This document shows, one piece after another, positions 55,027 to 63,423 of a stretch of 64,000 nucleotides of DNA. Within the stretch, counting starts at the first letter, position 1. Every line of letters starts with the position of its first letter. Origin of the DNA: Sediminibacterium sp. (GTDB lineage: Bacteria; Bacteroidota; Bacteroidia; Chitinophagales; Chitinophagaceae); assembly GCA_040403945.1 (NCBI GenBank), contig JBBAJQ010000002.1, positions 9,300-73,299 on the forward strand, given 5' to 3'. The translations under genes were made by a program, and so were the position numbers. The notes beneath the pieces were generated by a model. It was not told where the DNA came from. It was given only the letters and a program-made list of their open reading frames with translations, and searched no databases.

Positions 55027-57900
55027 ATGAAAAAACTTCTTTTGTTGTTGGTTATCAGCAATTTAGCACTTTTTGTGCAGGCCCAGTCTGTGGGAACAGT
55101 TAGGGGGCGGCTGCTAGATACCTTAAACAAGCAAACCCTAAAAGATGCAACCATTACTATATTGGATGCACGGGATTCTACCCTAGAAGTTTTTGGTTTG
55201 GCTGCGGCTGACGGAAGTTTTAGTATAACCAATATCACTTTTGGTCAGATGTTATTACAGGTAAAGTTTCAGGGATATGCGCCTTACGAGCGTAAACTCA
55301 CTTTTTCTAAGGAAAATGCAACGATTAATCTTGGAAATATTTATTTAAAAGTGGCTGCCAATACCTTGAGTGAGGTTACCGTAACTGCTTCGCCAGTTCA
55401 GATTAAGAAGGATACGATAGAATTTACTGCCGGGGCATTCAAAACAAAGCCCAATGCGGTTGCGGAAGATTTATTGAAAAAAATTCCCGGCATGGAAGTG
55501 GGGAAAGATGGAACCATAAAATCGCAGGGCGAAACCGTTCAGCGGGTATTAGTAAATGGGAAACGCTTTTTTGGCGACGACCCCAAAATGGCTACCCGTA
55601 ACCTGCCTCCCGACGTAATCGACAAGATTCAGGTATTTGATGATCAAAGTGACCAGGCCAAATTTACCGGATTTGATGACGGCAATCGGGTAAAAACAAT
55701 CAATATCACTACCAAAAAAGATATGCGCAAAGGAGCTTTTGGTCGTGCAGTGGCTGGTATTGGTTCGAATGAGCGCTATGATGAAAGTTTTAACCTAAGT
55801 GTTGTGAAGGGTGACCGTCAGATAACATTTTTGGGGCAGGCAAACAATGTGAACAAGCAAGGCTTTAATCAGATGAACCTGAGTGGCAGTAGAGGGGGAG
55901 GTGGTTTTGGCGGCGGAGGAATGACGGTTTCAATGGGAGGCGGTGGCGGTGGTGCCGGTGGAGGAAGTGGCATAACCAGCGTACTAGCGGGAGGGATTAA
56001 CTACAGAGATGCCTGGAGCCCTAAAATAGATGCTTATGGCAGTTATTTTTACAATGCGCCTCAAACATTTCTAGACCAGAATAGCAACTCACAAAATATA
56101 TTGTCGCCAGACTCATCGGTATACAATAATTCGGCCTCAACAACCAATACAAAAAACGAAAATCACCGGCTTACTTTTAACTTCGAAAATAGATTTGATT
56201 CTAACAATACACTTATATTTAGACCGAATATCGCTTTTCAAAATAATACCCCTAATGCGATTTCTTCTAATATTACAACTGCTGGTCCCAAGGGAGTAAT
56301 GATAAACCAGTCGCAAACAAAAACATCTAGTTTTAGTAGTGGATTCAATGTAAGTGGTGCTTCGCTCAGCTTGCGTCATCGGTTTGCCAAAAAAGGAAGA
56401 ACCCTTTCACTTGAAATGGGATTTTCGGCCAGTCAAAACCAGGGGGATGGATATAACTATTCTATAAACTCCTTTTACAAGCCCACTTTCCGGGCCGATA
56501 CGATCAACCAGTTTTATAGGGATACTACCAAAACTTTGGCACTCAATCCATCTGTTTCTTATACCGAACCCATAGGCAAAAAAGGAAATCAGATGATTGA
56601 GATTCGATATACTTATGCTTACAACAAAACGTCTTCACAAAGCAGTACCTATAATTTTATTAATGCAACCGGAAAGTTTTCGCAGTTTGATAGTTTATTT
56701 AGCAATTCCTACGAATTCACTTCTGCTGCCAATACAGCCAATCTGAGTTACCGGGTTCAGAAGGCTAAGTATAACCTGAATTTTGGTAGTGGATTACAGT
56801 TTATGGATATCAACAGCTATAATACTACCAAAGATGTGCTGGTAGCCAGAAACTTTGTTAACCTAACTCCTCAGGCAAATTTCTCTTATAACTTTACTAA
56901 AACGTCTAGCCTCCGGATGTTCTATAATGGCCGTACCGGGCAACCCTCTACTGCCCAGCTTCAACCGATTGTTACCACAACTGATTCGGTAAACTTTCAG
57001 ATAGGTAATCCTGATTTGCGTCCCCAGTTTACCAATAGCCTACGGATTTTGTATGCCTCCTTCGATCCATTCACCCAACGTATCATTTTTGCTACCGTAA
57101 ATGCCTCTTTCGTTAGTCATGATATACAAAGTTCTATTACCACTCTTCCCACAGGCGGCAGGCAAACCACCTATGTTAACTTGAACGGGACTTACAATAT
57201 TTCTGGTTATTTTAATTACGGATTCCCGATTAAAAAGCCTAAATCTAATTTGAACTTGCAGTCCACTGTAAATTATAATCAGAGCCAGTCATTATTAAAT
57301 GGAATCAGCAACTATACGCGCAGCACAATTTTGGCACAAACGGTAAAGTGGACTACCAACCTGAAGAAGAATTTCGATATGAACCTGAGTACCTCCTACT
57401 CATATAATCCGGTGCGGAATACTTTGTCGCCAAATCAGAACACCAACTTTACTACCTGGAGCATGGCAGCTGATTTTACCCTGTATTCAGATAAGGGGTG
57501 GATTATTGCCAGTGACTTTGATTTAACCAAATATGGCAACCGGCCGGAGGGATTTAATACTTCAGTATTTTTAATTACTCCATCTATTGCCAAACAATTT
57601 CTTAAAAATAAGGCGGGTGAGTTACGGTTAAGTTGCTTTGATGTGTTAAAGCAAAACGTTGCTATCAGCAGCTCTGTTAGTGCTAACCAGATTGTAAATA
57701 CCCGTACCAACAACCTAACGCAGTATTTTATGCTAACGTTTACCTACAACCTGCGCAGTTTTGCCGGACAACAGCAAATGCAACGGGGAAATATGATGCG
57801 GGGCATGATGCCTTCAGGCGGAGATGGAATGCGCTACCAGATGAATGGAGGAAGCATGATGGGTGGTGGCGGAAGTACTCGCGGAAGAGGAGGGTTATAA
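55027..57900 (+). CDS. Large outer-membrane beta-barrel protein (carboxypeptidase-regulatory-like N-domain plus TonB-receptor-like plug and barrel)
   Basis: Signal peptide, a CarbopepD_reg-like N-domain, a plug-like segment (IPG..V...G.I...G), a long beta barrel, and Gly-rich plus Met/Gly-rich low-complexity segments. Confidence 0.75.
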   Translation: MKKLLLLLVISNLALFVQAQSVGTVRGRLLDTLNKQTLKDATITILDARDSTLEVFGLAAADGSFSITNITFGQMLLQVKFQGYAPYERKLTFSKENATINLGNIYLKVAANTLSEVTVTASPVQIKKDTIEFTAGAFKTKPNAVAEDLLKKIPGMEVGKDGTIKSQGETVQRVLVNGKRFFGDDPKMATRNLPPDVIDKIQVFDDQSDQAKFTGFDDGNRVKTINITTKKDMRKGAFGRAVAGIGSNERYDESFNLSVVKGDRQITFLGQANNVNKQGFNQMNLSGSRGGGGFGGGGMTVSMGGGGGGAGGGSGITSVLAGGINYRDAWSPKIDAYGSYFYNAPQTFLDQNSNSQNILSPDSSVYNNSASTTNTKNENHRLTFNFENRFDSNNTLIFRPNIAFQNNTPNAISSNITTAGPKGVMINQSQTKTSSFSSGFNVSGASLSLRHRFAKKGRTLSLEMGFSASQNQGDGYNYSINSFYKPTFRADTINQFYRDTTKTLALNPSVSYTEPIGKKGNQMIEIRYTYAYNKTSSQSSTYNFINATGKFSQFDSLFSNSYEFTSAANTANLSYRVQKAKYNLNFGSGLQFMDINSYNTTKDVLVARNFVNLTPQANFSYNFTKTSSLRMFYNGRTGQPSTAQLQPIVTTTDSVNFQIGNPDLRPQFTNSLRILYASFDPFTQRIIFATVNASFVSHDIQSSITTLPTGGRQTTYVNLNGTYNISGYFNYGFPIKKPKSNLNLQSTVNYNQSQSLLNGISNYTRSTILAQTVKWTTNLKKNFDMNLSTSYSYNPVRNTLSPNQNTNFTTWSMAADFTLYSDKGWIIASDFDLTKYGNRPEGFNTSVFLITPSIAKQFLKNKAGELRLSCFDVLKQNVAISSSVSANQIVNTRTNNLTQYFMLTFTYNLRSFAGQQQMQRGNMMRGMMPSGGDGMRYQMNGGSMMGGGGSTRGRGGL

Positions 57901-58076
57901 TACGCAACAGGCATTTACCCTTTTTTGTTGCTGGAAGGGAGTATTTGAAAAAATATTCCCCGAATTCGTAATTCTGTTTTACTTTTACTAGCATAAACCT
58001 ATCAATATTTTCACAACTAGTGAAAACTATATCCACATATACTACGCTCGTTAATCCGGTTGGCTGTCAGTCAGCG

Positions 58077-58121
58077 ATGCCACCGGCGGCTGCGCTCCCG
58101 CGACCTCGACGCGGATGCTGA
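58077..58121 (+). other. Candidate 14-codon upstream ORF MPPAAALPRPRRGC (Arg-codon rich) in the arg-operon leader
   Basis: Read directly from the sequence. It sits within a GC-rich island and its stop codon lies inside a stem. Function and translation are unproven. Confidence 0.25.
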
Positions 58122-58227
58122 TAGGACGAGCAACTGGCACTTGCCCCTATCAGTGAACATTCTCCCGGAATATAAATATTGCCGCAAAGGCGTTTCTTTA
58201 TTTTTACTCAATCAAAGATTGTATAAG

Positions 58228-58947
58228 TTGGAAAGTAACATTATTATTCGTGAAGCGAGTAGCTCCGATGTAAAGTATGCAAATACCATTACGCAGGAAA
58301 TGGAATCCTCTGCAAAAGCACGCGGAACGGGTATAGCAAAGAGAACCCCTGAATATGTGGCTAAAAAAATTCAGGAGGGAAAAGCAGTAATTGCCGTATT
58401 ACCCGATGATACCTGGGTTGGCTTTTGTTATATAGAAGCCTGGGGCCATAATTCTTTTGTAGCTAATAGCGGTTTGATTGTAGCTCCGGCATTTAGAAAA
58501 ACCGGTGTGGCTAAGAAAATTAAGCAAACCATCTTTGCACTCTCCAGAAAAATGTATCCCGAAGCAAAAATTTTCGGACTCACCACCGGATTGGCTGTGA
58601 TGAAAATCAATAGCGACCTGGGTTACGAACCCGTAACGTATAGTGAACTTACGGATGATGAAGAATTCTGGGCCGGCTGTAAAAGTTGTGTGAATTACGA
58701 TATTCTGATAGGCAAAGACCGGAAAAATTGTATGTGCACGGCTATGTTATACGACCCTAAAGATCATTACGAACCAGAAGAAACCTCTAAAGCTTTTACC
58801 AGTAATTCTAAACTTTGGGAACGGTTCATGCAAATCAAACAAAGTAGGCTTTTATCTTTTTTTCGTAAAAAAGAAAGTAGTGAGCCCACCACCGGCAGAA
58901 CGATAAAAGCCGTAGCCTTATTTTTCATGCAACTGTTCGGTGAGTAA
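58228..58947 (+). CDS. GNAT-family N-acyltransferase, first gene of the arginine operon (ArgA-like role)
   Basis: Acetyltransferase core VAPAFRKTGVAKK. No ATG precedes the conserved N-terminus, so the start is probably TTG 58228 (or TTG 58219). The ORF-track extension back to 58060 looks non-coding. Confidence 0.65.
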   Translation: MESNIIIREASSSDVKYANTITQEMESSAKARGTGIAKRTPEYVAKKIQEGKAVIAVLPDDTWVGFCYIEAWGHNSFVANSGLIVAPAFRKTGVAKKIKQTIFALSRKMYPEAKIFGLTTGLAVMKINSDLGYEPVTYSELTDDEEFWAGCKSCVNYDILIGKDRKNCMCTAMLYDPKDHYEPEETSKAFTSNSKLWERFMQIKQSRLLSFFRKKESSEPTTGRTIKAVALFFMQLFGE

Positions 58948-58984
58948 GCCGACCTATTTGTGTTATTTATTTAAAAAGTGTTAT

Positions 58985-60232
58985 ATGATTTTTTCAGGCT
59001 TTCACCAAGATATTGCACCTATTGCTCCGGGTACCAAAGTGGTAATCGGTTTTAGCGGCGGACTGGACACTACTTTCTGTGTAAAATACCTAACAGAGGA
59101 GAAGGGATTAGAAGTGCATAGCGTTGTAGTTAATACCGGCGGATTCAGTGAGCAAGAATTAAAACAGATCGAACAGCATGCCTATAGTCTGGGAGTGGCA
59201 TCGCATATAACCGTAGATGCGGTAGAATCTTACTATGAAAAGATTATCCGTTTCTTGATTTATGGCAACGTGTTAAAAAACAATACCTATCCATTAAGTG
59301 TAAGTGCGGAAAGGCTTAGTCAGGCCTTACACATTGCCGATCAGGCAAAAAAGATGCAGGCAGCTGCCATTGTGCATGGTAGTACCGGAGCAGGAAACGA
59401 CCAGGTTCGCTTTGATATGGTATTTCAGATACTACTGCCGGGGATACAAATCATTACCCCTATTCGTGATATGCAATTGAGCCGGGAAACCGAAATTGAA
59501 TACCTGAAAGTAAAAGGGGTATCCATGAATTTTGAAAAGGCAGCCTACTCCATTAATAAAGGTTTATGGGGCACCAGCATTGGAGGAAAGGAAACGTTGC
59601 AGAGCAAAGGCATGATTCCAGAAGAAGCCTGGCCAACCCAAGTAACCGCCACCACACCCAGAGAAGTAGTACTAACGTTCAACAAGGGAGAGCTTACAGG
59701 GGTTAATGAAGAAGCCTTTTCGCATCCTGCCCGAGCTATTCAATACTTACAAACACTGGCTGCTCCGTATGGTATCGGAAGAGATATACATGTGGGCGAT
59801 ACTATAATTGGTATTAAAGGACGCGTTGGATTTGAAGCGGCTGCCCCCATGGTTATTTTAAAAGCCCATCACGCTTTAGAAAAACATGTGCTTACCAAAT
59901 GGCAACTCAGCTGGAAAGACCAGCTGGCACAGTTTTATGGCAACTGGCTGCATGAGGGACAAATTCTCGATCCAGTGATGCGGGATATAGAAGCTTATTT
60001 GCTTCAATCACAACAACAAGTATCCGGTAAGGTATATGTTCAGCTTCAGCCCTACCGTTTTCAGATTATAGGAATTGAATCTCCCAACGACCTTATGAGT
60101 AGCCGCTTTGGAAAGTATGGAGAGATGAATACCGGATGGACCGGTGATGATGTTAGAGGATTCACTAAAATTTTCGGTAATCAAACCGCCATATATCATA
60201 ATATTCATGCCAACGATTCTTCGGAATCTTAA
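58985..60232 (+). CDS. argG: Argininosuccinate synthase
   Basis: FSGGLDTTF PP-loop and GSTGAGNDQVRF motifs. ATG at 58985. Confidence 0.9.
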   Translation: MIFSGFHQDIAPIAPGTKVVIGFSGGLDTTFCVKYLTEEKGLEVHSVVVNTGGFSEQELKQIEQHAYSLGVASHITVDAVESYYEKIIRFLIYGNVLKNNTYPLSVSAERLSQALHIADQAKKMQAAAIVHGSTGAGNDQVRFDMVFQILLPGIQIITPIRDMQLSRETEIEYLKVKGVSMNFEKAAYSINKGLWGTSIGGKETLQSKGMIPEEAWPTQVTATTPREVVLTFNKGELTGVNEEAFSHPARAIQYLQTLAAPYGIGRDIHVGDTIIGIKGRVGFEAAAPMVILKAHHALEKHVLTKWQLSWKDQLAQFYGNWLHEGQILDPVMRDIEAYLLQSQQQVSGKVYVQLQPYRFQIIGIESPNDLMSSRFGKYGEMNTGWTGDDVRGFTKIFGNQTAIYHNIHANDSSES

Positions 60233-60261
60233 CGGATACTTCGTTACCAGAAAATAACTTT

Positions 60262-61263
60262 ATGCAAACAACCGCTACTTCCGCAAAAAACTATTCTGCC
60301 GGTATCGTGGGTGGGGCCGGTTATACAGGGGGAGAACTGATTCGCCTTTTATTACACCACCCGGCTGTATCCCTCCGCTTTGTGCATAGTAATAGTCAGG
60401 CACATAAGCCGATAACAAGCATACATGCAGACCTCACCGGTGATACTGATATGCTTTTTACCGAAGATATTACTATGGATATTGATGTATTGTTTCTTTG
60501 TTTAGGTCATGGAGAAGCCCGACAATTTTTGGCTTCCCATGTTATTCCCCCTGGTATAGCCATCATCGATCTGTCGCAAGACTTTCGCTGGCAAAACTCC
60601 CATAGTTTCGAAGGCAAGGAATTTATATATGGGTTGCCGGAATTGAATCGGTCAGCTATTTCTGGTGCCCGCAATATTGCTAATCCGGGATGCTTTGCAA
60701 CTGCTATTCAATTAGGATTATTGCCGCTGGCTAAAGCCGGCATATTGAGTGATGTTTATACAACTGGTATAACAGGTTCCACGGGTGCCGGACAATCACT
60801 CAGTAATACGGCCCATTTTAGTTGGCGTGCAAATAATATACAGGCATATAAAACCTTACAGCATCAGCATCTGCAGGAGATTCATGAGAGTTTGCAGCAG
60901 TTGCAAGGGAATGATGGCATGTATGTACATTTTGTGCCCTGGAGGGGAGATTTTACCCGCGGAATCTATTGTACATCTGTGTTGGATATGGGATTGCCTT
61001 TACAAGAAGTAAAAGAATTATACAGGCAGTACTATCACAACCATCCTTTTACCTATTTCAGTGAACAACCTATTCATCTGAAGCAAGTGGTGAATACCAA
61101 TAAATGCTTAGTGCAGATAGAAAAACAGGGAAATAAATTGGCAGTGCATACAGTGATTGATAATTTATTGAAGGGCGCTTCCGGACAGGCATTGCAGAAT
61201 ATGAATCTGTTATTGGGATTAGAAGAAACATTGGGGTTGCAATTGAAGGCAGCCGCATTTTAA
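60262..61263 (+). CDS. argC: N-acyl-gamma-glutamyl-phosphate reductase
   Basis: GGAGYTGGEL NAD-binding motif and the active-site segment NPGCFATA. Confidence 0.9.
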   Translation: MQTTATSAKNYSAGIVGGAGYTGGELIRLLLHHPAVSLRFVHSNSQAHKPITSIHADLTGDTDMLFTEDITMDIDVLFLCLGHGEARQFLASHVIPPGIAIIDLSQDFRWQNSHSFEGKEFIYGLPELNRSAISGARNIANPGCFATAIQLGLLPLAKAGILSDVYTTGITGSTGAGQSLSNTAHFSWRANNIQAYKTLQHQHLQEIHESLQQLQGNDGMYVHFVPWRGDFTRGIYCTSVLDMGLPLQEVKELYRQYYHNHPFTYFSEQPIHLKQVVNTNKCLVQIEKQGNKLAVHTVIDNLLKGASGQALQNMNLLLGLEETLGLQLKAAAF

Positions 61264-61281
61264 ATTTTGTAACTCGAAGCC

Positions 61282-62433
61282 ATGAAATTATTTGATGTAT
61301 ATCCACTGCAGCCTGTAACCATCATCAAAGCATCCGGATCGTATGTTTGGGATGATGCTGGAGTTCGGTATTTAGATATGTATGGCGGCCATGCCGTAAT
61401 CAGCATCGGCCATACACATCCCCATTGGGTAAAACGAATTGAAGAACAGTTAGAAACCATGGCTTTTTATTCTAATTCAGTTCATCTTCCCATACAGGAA
61501 GAATTGGCTGATAAGCTTACCCGATTGAGTGGCAAAAACGACTATCAACTTTTTTTGTGCAATAGTGGCGCAGAGGCGAACGAAAATGCCCTCAAGCTGG
61601 CATCCTTTTATAATGGACGAAAAAAAATCATTGCATTTTATAAATCTTTTCATGGCCGTACTTCGCTGGCTGTGGCGGCTACAGACAATCCCTCTATTAT
61701 CGCACCAGTAAATGAAACAGATGCGGTTATCTTTCTTCCATTGAATGATGAGCAGGCATTGGCCGATTGTTTTCAGCAACAGGGCGATACAATTTCATCG
61801 GTAATTGTTGAAGGTATTCAGGGAGTGGGTGGAATACGAATTGCCAATAATGAATTTTTACAATTGATACGCCGTTTTTGCGATCAGTATGGGGCGGTGA
61901 TGATAGCAGACAGTGTTCAGTGCGGATATGGAAGAAGTGGCCAATTTTTTGCCCATGATTATGCAGGAATAGCGGCAGATATTTATACCATGGCTAAGGG
62001 AATGGGTAATGGATTCCCGGTAGGAGGATTGTTAATTGCCTCGCATATCCGACCCAAACATGGGATGCTGGGCACAACATTTGGGGGCAATCCACTCGCC
62101 TGTGCAGCTGCATTAGGCGTATTAGAAGTAATGGAAGCCGAATCGCTGATACCCCATGCTTTTACAATAGGTAATTATATAATACAGCAATTACAGCAGA
62201 TTCCTCAGCTGATGAATGTACGGGGCAGGGGATTGATGATTGGTTTTGATATGCCTACCGAGATGGCAACCTTAAAAAACAGATTGCTGAGCGAGTACCA
62301 TATTTTTACCGGAGAAGCCAAGCCAGCGGTTATTCGTTTGCTACCTGCACTTACGCTAACACAACCGCAAGCCGACGATTTTTTACAGGCATTGCAAACG
62401 GCTATACAAACCCATCCTAACAACTCACACTAA
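61282..62433 (+). CDS. argD: Acetyl/succinyl-ornithine aminotransferase (class III)
   Basis: LCNSGAEANE, DSVQCGYGRSG and TFGGNPLA motifs. Confidence 0.85.
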   Translation: MKLFDVYPLQPVTIIKASGSYVWDDAGVRYLDMYGGHAVISIGHTHPHWVKRIEEQLETMAFYSNSVHLPIQEELADKLTRLSGKNDYQLFLCNSGAEANENALKLASFYNGRKKIIAFYKSFHGRTSLAVAATDNPSIIAPVNETDAVIFLPLNDEQALADCFQQQGDTISSVIVEGIQGVGGIRIANNEFLQLIRRFCDQYGAVMIADSVQCGYGRSGQFFAHDYAGIAADIYTMAKGMGNGFPVGGLLIASHIRPKHGMLGTTFGGNPLACAAALGVLEVMEAESLIPHAFTIGNYIIQQLQQIPQLMNVRGRGLMIGFDMPTEMATLKNRLLSEYHIFTGEAKPAVIRLLPALTLTQPQADDFLQALQTAIQTHPNNSH

Positions 62434-62444
62434 ACTACTATGCA

Positions 62445-63419
62445 ATGGCCATGCAAAATTTTATTTCCGTAGACGATGTAATTGATATCCCGCTACTGAT
62501 ACAGGAGGCATTATTATATAAGGGCCAACCATTGATTGATCAGCAACTGGGTGCCGGAAAACGTATTGGATTATTATTTTTAAATCCAAGTTTACGCACT
62601 CGCCTCAGCACACAAATTGCCGCACGTAATTTGGGAATGGAAGCCATTGTTTTTAATGTAGATAAGGAAGGATGGGCACTGGAATTTGAAGAAGGTGCAA
62701 TTATGAGTGGCTCAACCGTTGAACACATTAAGGATGCGGGCCCCGTATTAGGACAGTATTTTGATATTCTCTGTATCCGAACCTTCCCCTCACTAAAAAA
62801 TAAGGAAGACGACTACAGTGAAATGTTTATTCGGCAGTTTGTTAAATATGCCGGTGTGCCAGTAGTTAGTTTAGAAAGCGCCACCTTACATCCACTGCAA
62901 TCATTTGCCGATTTAATTACAATTACAGAAACGATGCAACAGCAGGCCTGGCCTGCCTTGCGAAAACCTAAAGTAGTGTTAACCTGGGCACCTCATATTA
63001 AACCATTGCCTCAATGTGTAGCTAATAGTTTTGCCCAGTGGGTAAATGCATGGGGCCAAGCCGAGTTTGTAATCACCCATCCTGAAGAATATGAACTTGA
63101 TACTCGTTTTACTAAAGGAGCTAAAATCACCCATTCGCAGGCCGAAGCTTTGCAGGGGGCAGATTTTGTGTACGTAAAAAACTGGAGTACTTACACAGAT
63201 TATGGAAAAGTATATGAGAATGATCCGAAGTGGATGTTAACCGAAGAAAAACTTTCTATTACCCGAAATGCGGGTGTTATGCATTGTTTACCCGTTAGAA
63301 GAAATATTGAATTAAGTGATGAAGTATTAGATGGAGCCCATAGTATGGTTACCCGACAGGCCGGCAATCGGGTATGGGCAGCACAGGCAGTATTGGCTCA
63401 AATACTTAGAAACAATTAA
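62445..63419 (+). CDS. argF': N-acyl-L-ornithine carbamoyltransferase (ArgF'-type; predicted N-succinylornithine specific)
   Basis: SLRTRLST, HPLQSFADL, TWAPH..PLPQ and HCLPVRRN motifs of the AOTCase/SOTCase subfamily. Confidence 0.8.
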   Translation: MAMQNFISVDDVIDIPLLIQEALLYKGQPLIDQQLGAGKRIGLLFLNPSLRTRLSTQIAARNLGMEAIVFNVDKEGWALEFEEGAIMSGSTVEHIKDAGPVLGQYFDILCIRTFPSLKNKEDDYSEMFIRQFVKYAGVPVVSLESATLHPLQSFADLITITETMQQQAWPALRKPKVVLTWAPHIKPLPQCVANSFAQWVNAWGQAEFVITHPEEYELDTRFTKGAKITHSQAEALQGADFVYVKNWSTYTDYGKVYENDPKWMLTEEKLSITRNAGVMHCLPVRRNIELSDEVLDGAHSMVTRQAGNRVWAAQAVLAQILRNN

Positions 63420-63423
63420 TTGT

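Noticed and set aside
55884-55972. GGN-rich repetitive DNA that might be a tandem repeat, VNTR or CRISPR-like array.
   Set aside because: It is in frame within the OMP gene and simply encodes a poly-Gly stretch. It has no repeat/spacer periodicity. I found no CRISPR-like array anywhere in the window.
57961-57974. A second ARG box (CGAATTCGTAATTC) forming a tandem ArgR operator with 57946-57959.
   Set aside because: It matches only about 8/14 of the ARG-box core and is not at the canonical 21-bp phasing. Only the first box is mentioned, at low confidence.
58060-58153. The GC-rich island as a tRNA, tRNA fragment or other known small RNA gene.
   Set aside because: There is no cloverleaf and no GTTCRANNC T-loop or anticodon-arm geometry. 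I could draw only one 8-bp stem with a 20-nt loop.
58060-58227. ORF-track N-terminal extension of the GNAT gene (MAVSQRCHRRLRSRDLDADADRTSNW...).
   Set aside because: It starts at a TTG, its composition switches abruptly from GC-rich to AT-rich, and it does not resemble an acetyltransferase N-terminus. I treat it as leader sequence (see the arg-leader finding), not as coding sequence for the GNAT.
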